Assembly: GCA_028821235.1 (NCBI GenBank)
Contig: JAPPGV010000076.1
Coordinates: forward strand, 32,657 to 96,656
Length of the DNA: 64,000 nt
Source: a bacterium
GTDB taxonomy: Bacteria; Actinomycetota; Acidimicrobiia; Spongiisociales; Spongiisociaceae
Direction of reading: 5' to 3'
Of the stretch, positions 9,481-17,932 are shown piece by piece. Positions within the stretch are counted from its first letter, which is position 1; every line of letters starts with the position of its first letter. The notes beneath the pieces are model-generated. The model searched no databases and was not told where the DNA came from. It saw only the letters and a list, made by a program, of their open reading frames with translations. The position numbers and the translations under genes are program-made.

Positions 9481-10760
9481 CAACGCTCCGCCTGGGGCAC
9501 GTAGTCTCGTTGTGAGTAGCCGGTGTAGATCTGGCGCGGGCGCTTGAGCGGGGCGCTCGAGGACTCCCTCATCTCCCGCAGCTGCGCCAGCCATCCCGGT
9601 AGCCGGCCCAGGGCGAAAAGCACCGTGAACATCTCGCTGGGAAATCCCATGGCCTGGTAGATGATGCCCGAGTAGTAGTCCACGTTGGGGTAGATGCGCC
9701 GCCGGATGAAGAAGTCGTCCGCCAAGGCCTCCTGCTCCAACTTCAACGCCAGGTCCAGGAGAGGATTGCTCTGGTTGTCGAGCAGGGCGCGGGCGTGTCG
9801 CTTGATGATCAGCGCCCGGGGATCGAAGTTCCTGTAGACCCGGTGTCCGAAGCCCATGAGCCGGAAGGGGTCGTTCCGGTCCTTCGCCCGGTCCAGGAAC
9901 AGCCGGGTGTCCCCGCCCGCGGCCCTGATGTCCTCCAGCATCTCGATGACCCGCTGGTTGGCGCCGCCGTGGAGAGGACCCGACAGAGCAAGAACGCCGG
10001 CGCATATCGAGGAGAACAGGTCGGTCTGACCCGACCCGACCAGCCGGACCGCCGAGGTGGAGAGGTTCTGGCCGTGGTCGGCGTGGAGGATCAGCAACGC
10101 CTCCATCGCCTGGACATGGGCCGGGTTGGGTTGGTAACCCGAGCCGCCGGGGTTGAAGGTCATGTTGAGGAAGTCGGCCGCGTAGCCGAGTCCCGGGTCG
10201 GGATCGATATAGACCCGGTCCCGGTCGCTGCGGTGCGACCAGGCCACCAGCGCAGGCATCATCGCCACCAGGCGGGTAGCGGCCAGCCGGTTGGCCTCCA
10301 CCTCTCCCGATCCTCCCGTTCTCGGGTAGTAGGCGCCCAGCAGGGCGATCGCGGTGGCGATCTTCTGCATCGGATGGGTACCGGCCGGGAACGCCTCCAG
10401 GACCTTCTCGAACCCGTCGGGCAGGGCTCGGCACTCCGCGATACGGCTCTCGAAGGCCGCCATCTGATCGGGGGTGGGAAGCTCGCCCCGGTCCAGCAGG
10501 TAGGCCACCTCCAGGAACGTGGAGTTCCCGACCAGCTGGTCCACCGGATAGCCGCGGTAGCGAAGGATCCCTGCTTCGCCGTCGATGAACGAGACCTCGC
10601 TGGAGGTCTCGGCGGTGTTCCCGTATCCGGGATCGAGGGTGACCATCCCGGTGGCGGCGCGGAGACCCCGGATGTCGAGTGCCCGCTCGCCCTCCGTTCC
10701 CGATGCGATCAGTAGGTCGATCGCGTCCTCACCATCGACGCGGATTGTCGCCTTCTCCAT
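9480..10760 (-). CDS. gltA: Citrate synthase
   Basis: Citrate synthase signature GFGHRVYRNFDPRA and full-length family pattern. Confidence 0.95.
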   Translation of the reverse strand: MEKATIRVDGEDAIDLLIASGTEGERALDIRGLRAATGMVTLDPGYGNTAETSSEVSFIDGEAGILRYRGYPVDQLVGNSTFLEVAYLLDRGELPTPDQMAAFESRIAECRALPDGFEKVLEAFPAGTHPMQKIATAIALLGAYYPRTGGSGEVEANRLAATRLVAMMPALVAWSHRSDRDRVYIDPDPGLGYAADFLNMTFNPGGSGYQPNPAHVQAMEALLILHADHGQNLSTSAVRLVGSGQTDLFSSICAGVLALSGPLHGGANQRVIEMLEDIRAAGGDTRLFLDRAKDRNDPFRLMGFGHRVYRNFDPRALIIKRHARALLDNQSNPLLDLALKLEQEALADDFFIRRRIYPNVDYYSGIIYQAMGFPSEMFTVLFALGRLPGWLAQLREMRESSSAPLKRPRQIYTGYSQRDYVPQAER

Positions 10761-10778
10761 GTGCTGCGCTCGTCCCTC

Positions 10779-12827
10779 CTACTCGGCCGCGGCCTTGGTC
10801 GCCGCCACCACCCGCTGCACTTCCTGCGGGGGAGCGGGCTCGTAGCGGGCGAACTCGATGTCGAAGGATCCCCGCCCCCCGGTCATCGACCGCAGATCCA
10901 CCGAGTAGCGCTGCACCTCTGCCATCGGGACCTCGACATTCAGGACCCGGCTCCGCCCGTCGGCGTCCATCCCGAGCACCCGCCCCCGCTTGGCGTTGAT
11001 GTCACCGATCACGTCGCCCATGTAGTCCTCGGGCACCCGGATGGTGACCACGGCGATGGGTTCGAGGATGGTAGCCCGCAAATCGGGAGCCGCCGCCCTG
11101 ACGGCCATGATCCCCGCCATCCGGAAACTGAGCTCATCGGAGTCGACGGAGTGGAACTTACCGTCGTAGACGGTGGCCCGGACATCGATGACGCGGTAGC
11201 CGGCCAGGATGCCCCGCTCGAGGGCCTCCCGGATCCCCTTGTCGACCGCCGGGATGAGGCTCCGGGGAATGGACCCGCCCTTGATCTGATCCACGAACTC
11301 GTAACCCTCGCCTCGCCGGTTGGGCTCGAACCTCACGTACGCCACGCCGAACTGGCCCCGCCCGCCCGACTGCTTCTTGTGCTTGCCCTCCACGTCGGCC
11401 CGCCCCTGGATGGTCTCCCGGTACGGGATGCGCGGCACGCCCGTGTCCACCTCGACCCCGAAGAGCCGCGCCACCTTGGCCAGCGTGACGCTGACATGGG
11501 CTTCCCCGAGGCCTGAGAGGACCGTCTCGCTGGTCTCGGCGCGTCGCTCCACCATGATGGTGGGATCCTCCTCCTGGATGCGGGCCAGGGCGGTCGAGAG
11601 CTTGTCCTCGTCCTGGGTGGAGCGGGGCGATACCGTCACCTCGTGTACCGGGCGGGGCACCCGGACCGGTGCGATCTCGGTAGCGCTTCCGGGGGCCCTC
11701 AGGGTGTCTCCGACCCGCAGGCGGTCGAGCTTGGCCACCGATCCGATGGACCCGACCGTCGCTTCCGGCAGCCCGGTGTGCTCCTTACCCTGGAGCGAGA
11801 AGAGGCTGGACATCTTGAGCTTGTCCCCGCCGGGGTTCTCGAGCACGGTGTCGGGCTTGAACGAGCCCGAGAAGACCCGGAAGGTATTGACCCGGCCCAC
11901 GTACTGATCCCCTGACGTCTTGAACGTGTAGGCCACCGCCGGGCCGTCCGCATCGGGGGCCAGTTCGCCGCTCAAGGTCGCGGGCATGGTCCGTTCCAGG
12001 GGATCGGGGCCGAAGTCGACCACGAACTCGGCCAGGGTGTCGATTCCCACCAGCGAGCCCGCGGAACCCACCAGGACCGGGAAGATGTCTCCCGCCAGCA
12101 TCCCGTCGTGGATGACCTCCACCATGCGTTCCGCCGACGGTTCCTCGCCCTCGAAGTAGGCCTCGAGCAGATCGTCGTCGGTCTCCACCACCGATTCCAC
12201 GAGCGCTGACCGGGTCTCTTCGAAAGCCTCGGCCACCTCGGCAGGAACGTCGGTAGCCGTGCCCTCCGTCCGGCCCGATTCGTAGCGGTAGGCGCGACCC
12301 GACACCAGCCTGACCACCCCGCTCAGGCTCTGCTCCTCGCCGATCGGTATCTGGATGGGAGCGATGCGCTTGCCGAAGGCCTCCACGAGTTCGTCCAGGG
12401 TGCGGGAGAACGAGGCGCGGTCCCGGTCGAGCTTGTTGACGAACACCACCCGGGGAATGCCCTCCAGGCGGGCGGCCTCCCAGAGGATCTCGGTCTGTAC
12501 CTCGACTCCGTCCACGGCGGAGACCACGAACACGGCCAGGTCCACGGCTCGCAACGCCGCCAGCGCCTCACCTACGAAGTCGGCGTACCCGGGGGTGTCG
12601 ATGAGGTTGACCCGGGTCCCGTTGTGATCGAAGGACGCCACCCCGAGCCCCAGCGAGCTCTGGCGCTCGATCTCCTCGGGCTCATGATCCATGACCGTGT
12701 TGCCGGCATCTACGGAACCGACGCGGTTGATCTCGCCGGCGTTGAAGAGGAGGGCCTCGGCGAGGGAGGTCTTACCGGAACCTCCGTGGCCGAACAGGCC
12801 CACGTTTCGAATGTTCTCCGGTCGCAT
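10779..12827 (-). CDS. Elongation factor G-like GTPase (EF-G paralog)
   Basis: G1 GHGGSGKTS, G3 DTPGYADF, NKLD, then domains II-V in order. Start at Met14 (12827) gives a typical short N-terminus. Confidence 0.9.
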   Translation of the reverse strand: MRPENIRNVGLFGHGGSGKTSLAEALLFNAGEINRVGSVDAGNTVMDHEPEEIERQSSLGLGVASFDHNGTRVNLIDTPGYADFVGEALAALRAVDLAVFVVSAVDGVEVQTEILWEAARLEGIPRVVFVNKLDRDRASFSRTLDELVEAFGKRIAPIQIPIGEEQSLSGVVRLVSGRAYRYESGRTEGTATDVPAEVAEAFEETRSALVESVVETDDDLLEAYFEGEEPSAERMVEVIHDGMLAGDIFPVLVGSAGSLVGIDTLAEFVVDFGPDPLERTMPATLSGELAPDADGPAVAYTFKTSGDQYVGRVNTFRVFSGSFKPDTVLENPGGDKLKMSSLFSLQGKEHTGLPEATVGSIGSVAKLDRLRVGDTLRAPGSATEIAPVRVPRPVHEVTVSPRSTQDEDKLSTALARIQEEDPTIMVERRAETSETVLSGLGEAHVSVTLAKVARLFGVEVDTGVPRIPYRETIQGRADVEGKHKKQSGGRGQFGVAYVRFEPNRRGEGYEFVDQIKGGSIPRSLIPAVDKGIREALERGILAGYRVIDVRATVYDGKFHSVDSDELSFRMAGIMAVRAAAPDLRATILEPIAVVTIRVPEDYMGDVIGDINAKRGRVLGMDADGRSRVLNVEVPMAEVQRYSVDLRSMTGGRGSFDIEFARYEPAPPQEVQRVVAATKAAAE

Positions 12828-12916
12828 CCTCCTCCGCTTCCTTGTGGGGCATCCGAGTGTAGGCAATCATACGATGCTTCCCGTCTGTGGTAGCTTCCCG
12901 AGCGGAAGGAGCCACC

Positions 12917-13516
12917 GTGATCGAAGTCTGGGCCCGCGAGCATGTCGACAAAGTGGTGGCGCCTATCGGACGTGGCCTGGCCCGCCTCGGGGTGCGACCC
13001 GCCCACCTGACCGTGACGGGGCTGGTGGTCACCCTGGTCGGATCGACTCTGCTCGCCACTGGCAGCGTGGTCATCGGCGCCCTGGTCATCCTGGGCGGCT
13101 CGGCTCTCGACGGGTTGGACGGGTCGGTTGCCCGGGCGTCGGGATCGGACTCACCCCGGGGTGCGCTGCTCGACTCCGTATTCGATCGTATCGGCGAGAC
13201 GGCCATGTTCGCGGCCTGCTCCTTCTGGCTCACCTCACGGCTCTCACCCGACGAGGGCGACCCTGCCCTCGTCGTGCTCTGCGTCCTGAGCCTGGGCGCA
13301 TCTCTGGTCATCTCCTACCTGCGGGCCAAGGCCGACATCGGGCGGGTGGAGGGTCGGGGCGGCTTGATGGGCCGGGCGGAGCGGGTCATCCTCTTCGCGG
13401 CCGGGTTCATCTTCGATCAGGTCACGGTCATGCTGTGGCTGATGGCCATCCTCACCTGGCTAACCGTCTTCCAGCGGTTCTTCAAGACCTGGCGGCAGCT
13501 GTCAGCGGGTGACTGA
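12917..13516 (+). CDS. pgsA1: CDP-alcohol phosphatidyltransferase (phosphatidylinositol phosphate synthase type)
   Basis: Motif DGLDGSVAR...G..LDSVFDRIGE. GTG at 12917 is preceded by GGAAGGAG. Sits in the conserved pgsA1-patA-pimA order. Confidence 0.85.
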   Translation: MIEVWAREHVDKVVAPIGRGLARLGVRPAHLTVTGLVVTLVGSTLLATGSVVIGALVILGGSALDGLDGSVARASGSDSPRGALLDSVFDRIGETAMFAACSFWLTSRLSPDEGDPALVVLCVLSLGASLVISYLRAKADIGRVEGRGGLMGRAERVILFAAGFIFDQVTVMLWLMAILTWLTVFQRFFKTWRQLSAGD

Positions 13517-14414
13517 CCTGCTCACCTACCTGACCTACCGGGCAGGCGCGGGGATCTTCGGAGCTCTACCCGAACCGATCGTCCGCCACCTGGGTCGCTG
13601 GGCAGGCCGGCTCTGCTGGCTCTGGGCGGGGGAGCGCAAGGCCATGGCGATCCGGCACATGGGAAGGGTGCTCGGCCGGAGCGATGGGCCGGCGGTGGAG
13701 CGAGCGGCCCGGGAGGTGTTCAGCGCCTACGGTCGCTACTGGGCGGAGACGCTCTGGTTCCGCCCGCGGCGGGCCGAGGTGGTGAGGTCACGGGTGACGC
13801 TGATAGGGCTGGAACACGTCCGGGCGGCCCAGGAGTCCGGGAGGCCGATTGTGGCGGCACTTCCCCACGTGGGCAACTGGGAGTTGGCGGGCACCCTCGC
13901 AGAGGATGCGGGAGTCCGGATCACCGCCGTGGCGGAGGCGCTGGCCAACCGCCGCCTGGCCCGGTGGTTCACCGGCATGCGGGCCCAACTCGGCATCCGG
14001 GTGGTGCTGGCGGAAGGCCTGTCCACGATGCGGGCACTGCGCAACGACATGATGGAGGGACGGGTGATCGCTCTGGTCGCCGACCGTAACATCGGCGGGC
14101 GCGGCGTGGAAGTGGAATTCTTCGGTGAGAAGACCACCCTGCCGGCCGGTCCGGCCGCCCTGGCGATCCGCAACGATGCGGTCCTGCTCCCCGTGGTCTC
14201 GTACTTCAAACGGGGTGCTGGTCACCGGGTGGTCGTGCATGCTCCCATCGAGGATCCCGGTCCGGAGGACCCCGAGCGGATGGGCAGCATCACCCAGCAG
14301 CTGGCGCACCGGTACGAGGACATGATCCGGGAGGCTCCCACCCAGTGGCACCTGGTGCAACCCAACTGGCCGTCCGACCATGACTTACTCGAACGGCGCC
14401 GGGGGGATGCTTGA
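13509..14414 (+). CDS. patA: Phosphatidylinositol mannoside acyltransferase (HtrB/LpxL family)
   Basis: Lauroyl/myristoyl acyltransferase-family pattern (LPHVGNWELAG). Overlaps pgsA1 and pimA, as in the mycobacterial operon. Confidence 0.8.
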   Translation: MTDLLTYLTYRAGAGIFGALPEPIVRHLGRWAGRLCWLWAGERKAMAIRHMGRVLGRSDGPAVERAAREVFSAYGRYWAETLWFRPRRAEVVRSRVTLIGLEHVRAAQESGRPIVAALPHVGNWELAGTLAEDAGVRITAVAEALANRRLARWFTGMRAQLGIRVVLAEGLSTMRALRNDMMEGRVIALVADRNIGGRGVEVEFFGEKTTLPAGPAALAIRNDAVLLPVVSYFKRGAGHRVVVHAPIEDPGPEDPERMGSITQQLAHRYEDMIREAPTQWHLVQPNWPSDHDLLERRRGDA

Positions 14415-15442
14415 GGGTCGCCGTAGTCTCCCCGTACGCCCTCGACATCCCGGGGGGCGTCCAGCAGCAGGTACTCGGGCTGGTCGAGCATCTCCGGCGG
14501 CTGGGCCAGGAAGCCTTCGCGGTGGGTCCGGGAGCCGGCGCCGCGGGCGCGAATGCGGGCCGACCGGTCATGTTTCCGGTGAACCGCTCCCGCGCGCCCA
14601 TCGCCCTGTCGCCGATGGCGGTCCGCCGGGTTCGGGCCGCCGTGGCCGGCGCCGACGTGATCCACGTACACGAGCCGATGGTCCCCCTGGTCGGCTGGGC
14701 GGCGCTCCGGACCGGACGACCCACCGTGGTTACCTTCCACGCCGACCCGTCGCCCATGTTCCGCGCCGCGTACCGATGGGGGAGAGGCCTGGTGCGGCTG
14801 TTGCTGGGGGATGTGCTGGCCACGACGGTGAGCCGGACCGCCCGGAGCGCCGTCGAGCCGCTCGGTCTCGACGTGGTGGAGATCCCCAACGCCGTCGATG
14901 TGGGCTCGTTCAGGGTCGAGGCGCAGCGCGATCCTCGCCGGGTGGCCTTCGTGGGCCGGCCCGACCCTCGCAAAGGCCGGGACCTGCTGCTGTCCGCATG
15001 GCCGGCCGTGCGCTCCGAGGTACCGGACGCCCGGCTGGTGATAGTGGGTGGAGGGGAGTCACCCCCGGTCGAGGGCGTCGAGTACCTGGGGCGGGTGTCC
15101 GAGGCAGAGAAGCGCTCCGTCCTGGCCGGCAGCGGCGTGTTCTGCGCGCCCAACCGGGGCGGTGAGAGCTTCGGGATAACCGTTGCCGAGGGCATGGCGG
15201 CCGGGTGTGCCGTGGTGGCCAGCGACCTCCCCGCATTCGGGGACGTCCTCGGCGGGACAGGCCTCGTGTTCAGGAACGGCGACCCGGACGGCCTGGCCGG
15301 CGCCCTCAAGGCGGTACTGGCCGACCCGGGGCTGAGGGAGCGCCTGGCGGCGGGTTCTTCGGCCCGGGTCGAACGGTACGACTGGGGGAAGGTGATCTCC
15401 CGGTACACCGAGCTGTACCGCCTGGCTACCCGCGCCGGATAG
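14411..15442 (+). CDS. pimA: GDP-mannose-dependent alpha-mannosyltransferase (GT4)
   Basis: GT4 fold and the EX7E-type block GESFGITVAEGMAAG. Operon context. Confidence 0.85.
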   Translation: MRVAVVSPYALDIPGGVQQQVLGLVEHLRRLGQEAFAVGPGAGAAGANAGRPVMFPVNRSRAPIALSPMAVRRVRAAVAGADVIHVHEPMVPLVGWAALRTGRPTVVTFHADPSPMFRAAYRWGRGLVRLLLGDVLATTVSRTARSAVEPLGLDVVEIPNAVDVGSFRVEAQRDPRRVAFVGRPDPRKGRDLLLSAWPAVRSEVPDARLVIVGGGESPPVEGVEYLGRVSEAEKRSVLAGSGVFCAPNRGGESFGITVAEGMAAGCAVVASDLPAFGDVLGGTGLVFRNGDPDGLAGALKAVLADPGLRERLAAGSSARVERYDWGKVISRYTELYRLATRAG

Positions 15443-15521
15443 CGCCCTTAAGGGTTGCGCTGAGGCTTGGACACGGTAGAATATTCCTTATAACTGGTAC
15501 TATGGAAAGGACGAAATCGCC

Positions 15522-16424
15522 ATGGAACAGGGCACCAAGGCGGAGACGACCGGCACGCTGCGGGTAAAGCGTGGCCTGGCCGAGATGCTCAAGGGTGGCG
15601 TGATCATGGATGTCGTCAACGCCGACCAGGCGAGCATCGCCGAGGAATCCGGGGCGGTGGCGGTCATGGCGCTGGAGCGGGTTCCCGCCGATATCAGGGC
15701 GCACGGGGGAGTGGCCCGGATGGCCGATCCCAGCAAGGTCCAGGAGATCATGGAGGCGGTCTCGATTCCGGTCATGGCCAAGGCCCGGATCGGCCACTTC
15801 GTGGAGGCGCAGGTGCTCCAGAGCCTCGGTGTCGACTACATCGACGAGTCCGAGGTCCTCACCCCCGCCGACAACAACCACCACATCGACAAGTGGGCCT
15901 TCACCACGCCCTTCGTGTGCGGCGCCCGCAACCTCGGGGAGGCGCTGCGCCGTATCGCCGAGGGCGCGGCCATGATCCGTACCAAGGGGGAGCCGGGTAC
16001 GGGCAACGTGGTCGAGGCCGTCACCCATATGCGGCGGATGAACCGGGAGATCGCCCAGGCGGCCGCCGCCGGCGACGACCAGATGATGGCCCTGGCGCGG
16101 GACATGGGCGCACCGGTCGAACTGCTGCGCGAGGTGGCCGGGGCGGGCGGCCTGCCGGTGGTCAACTTCGCCGCCGGCGGCATCGCCACGCCCTCGGACG
16201 CCGCCATGATGATGCAGCTGGGATGCGACGGCATCTTCGTGGGCTCGGGAATCTTCAAGAGCGGCGACCCCGCTGTCAGGGCCCGGGCGATCGTGGAGGC
16301 CACCACCTTCTACCGTGATCCCGAGATCGTGGCCAAGGTGTCCCGCAATCTCGGCGAGGCCATGGTCGGGATCGAGATCGACGACATACCGGCCGGCCAG
16401 CGGATGCAGGAGCGAGGCTGGTAG
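15522..16424 (+). CDS. pdxS: Pyridoxal 5'-phosphate synthase, lyase subunit
   Basis: Highly conserved PdxS sequence ([40 protein letters not shown]). Confidence 0.97.
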   Translation: MEQGTKAETTGTLRVKRGLAEMLKGGVIMDVVNADQASIAEESGAVAVMALERVPADIRAHGGVARMADPSKVQEIMEAVSIPVMAKARIGHFVEAQVLQSLGVDYIDESEVLTPADNNHHIDKWAFTTPFVCGARNLGEALRRIAEGAAMIRTKGEPGTGNVVEAVTHMRRMNREIAQAAAAGDDQMMALARDMGAPVELLREVAGAGGLPVVNFAAGGIATPSDAAMMMQLGCDGIFVGSGIFKSGDPAVRARAIVEATTFYRDPEIVAKVSRNLGEAMVGIEIDDIPAGQRMQERGW

Positions 16425-16444
16425 AGACCGCGCCCGGGGCGCCG

Positions 16445-17005
16445 GTGGTCGGGGTGCTCGCCCTCCAGGGAGACGTCCGCGAGCACGCCCGGATGGTGGC
16501 CGCCTCCGGTGGCGTTCCCCGGGAGATCCGGACGCCCACCGACCTGGAAGGCATCGACGCCCTCATCATCCCGGGAGGAGAGTCGACCACCATCGGGCGG
16601 CTCGCCACCCTCTACGGGCTGGTCGACCCCCTCCGCGGCCGCATCTCGGACGGGCTCCCCACCCTCGGCACCTGCGCCGGGATGATCTTCCTGTCCACAG
16701 CGGTGACCGGGGGAGACCAACCCCTGCTGGGAGCGCTCGACATGATGGTGGAGCGGAACGCCTTCGGCCGCCAGAACGAGTCGTTCGAATGCGAACTCGC
16801 CGTGGAGGGCTGGGAGGATGCGTTCCCTGCGGTCTTCATCCGGGCACCCGTGGTGGACCGGACCGCCCCCGACATCGAGGTGCTGGCCAGCCACGAGGGC
16901 CGGCCCGTGCTGGTGAGAAAGGACCATGTCATGGCGTGCGCCTTCCACCCCGAGCTCACGGGCGACGACCGTGTCCACCGGATGCTCATCGACCTCGTGG
17001 CCTGA
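16445..17005 (+). CDS. pdxT: Pyridoxal 5'-phosphate synthase, glutaminase subunit
   Basis: GVLALQGDV start, catalytic Cys in GTCAG, FHPELT motif. Confidence 0.93.
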   Translation: MVGVLALQGDVREHARMVAASGGVPREIRTPTDLEGIDALIIPGGESTTIGRLATLYGLVDPLRGRISDGLPTLGTCAGMIFLSTAVTGGDQPLLGALDMMVERNAFGRQNESFECELAVEGWEDAFPAVFIRAPVVDRTAPDIEVLASHEGRPVLVRKDHVMACAFHPELTGDDRVHRMLIDLVA

Positions 17006-17010
17006 CGTCG

Positions 17011-17751
17011 ATGGCCGGTCATTCCAAGTGGGCGAACATCAAGCACCGCAAGGGGCGGCAGGACGCCGCCCGTGGCAACCTGTTCGCCAAGCTGTGCCGC
17101 GCCGTGGAGGCCGCGGCTCGTCAGGGTGGGGGCGATCCGGCGGGCAACGCCGTGCTGGCCACCGCCATCGACAAGGCCAGGTCCGCCTCGGTGCCCAAGG
17201 ACAACATCGAACGGGCCATCAAACGCGGCACCGGAGAGCTGGTCGGCGAACGCCTCGACACGTTCTTCTACGAAGGCTACGCGCCAGGGGGAGTGGCGTT
17301 GCTGGTGCAGGCGCTCACCGACAACCGGAACCGGGCCGCCTCCGACATCCGGTCCGCCTTCACCCGGAACGGGGGCAACCTCGGCGAGCCGGGTTCCGTC
17401 GCCTACCTGTTCGACCAGAAGGGTTACCTTCTAGTAGACGGTGATGAAGACGAGATCTTGATGGCTGCCCTGGAGTCAGGCGCCGAGGACGTACGGCAGA
17501 GCGGGGACCAGTTCGAGGTGATCACGGCGCCCACCGACTTCCCGACCGTCCGGGATGCCCTGGCCAGCGCCGAGCTGTCCGTACAGTCCGCCGAGATCAC
17601 CCAGCTCCCGTCCACGACCATCCCACTGGACGCTTCGGGCGCCGCCAGGGTCCTGCGCCTGGTGGACACGCTGGACGACCTGGCCGATGTGCAAGGCGTC
17701 TACGGCAACTTCGACATCCCCGACGACTATCTCGCCACCCTGGCCGAGTAG
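17011..17751 (+). CDS. yebC: YebC/PmpR family DNA-binding regulator
   Basis: MAGHSKWANIKHRKG start. Only the 3' part of ORF 16315-17751 is used. Confidence 0.93.
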   Translation: MAGHSKWANIKHRKGRQDAARGNLFAKLCRAVEAAARQGGGDPAGNAVLATAIDKARSASVPKDNIERAIKRGTGELVGERLDTFFYEGYAPGGVALLVQALTDNRNRAASDIRSAFTRNGGNLGEPGSVAYLFDQKGYLLVDGDEDEILMAALESGAEDVRQSGDQFEVITAPTDFPTVRDALASAELSVQSAEITQLPSTTIPLDASGAARVLRLVDTLDDLADVQGVYGNFDIPDDYLATLAE

Positions 17752-17914
17752 TGGTCTGTCTGTGGAATGGCGGCGTGGTATGGCGTCGGCAGCGGTGTTC
17801 CTCGCAAGGCCCGCTGACGAAGGCGTACCCGTAGGGTACGTTGAGGAAGCGGAACGCAGCGACGGGACGCCGATGACCGCCAGATCACGCCAAGTTGTTT
17901 CGCAGACAGACCAC
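17751..17914. mobile_element. MITE-like palindromic element, copy 1 (12-bp TIR GTGGTCTGTCTG/CAGACAGACCAC, TA flanks)
   Basis: Near-identical second copy at 51001-51162. Terminal inverted repeats, central perfect hairpin CGTACCC-GTA-GGGTACG, TA on both sides (17749-50, 17915-16). Confidence 0.75.
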
Positions 17915-17932
17915 TAGCAGGTCGGCGCCGGA

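Noticed and set aside
9481-10434. N-terminal ~318 aa of ORF 9001-10434
   Set aside because: Out-of-frame overlap with citrate synthase and low-complexity composition. Only the last 159 aa (from the ATG at 9480) look like a real gene.
14290-15408. 372-aa minus ORF opposite pimA, and the 261-aa plus ORF 14380-15165
   Set aside because: Shadow ORFs. The pimA frame carries the GT4 motifs.
15443-15521. Promoter/leader in the relatively AT-rich pimA-pdxS spacer (TTGCGC-16 nt-TAGAAT)
   Set aside because: Plausible, but several alternative hexamer pairings fit equally well, so it is not reported as a feature.
16315-17010. 5' part of the 478-aa ORF that ends as yebC
   Set aside because: Overlaps pdxS/pdxT out of frame with Arg/Pro-rich junk. 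yebC starts at the canonical MAGHSKWANIKH (17011).
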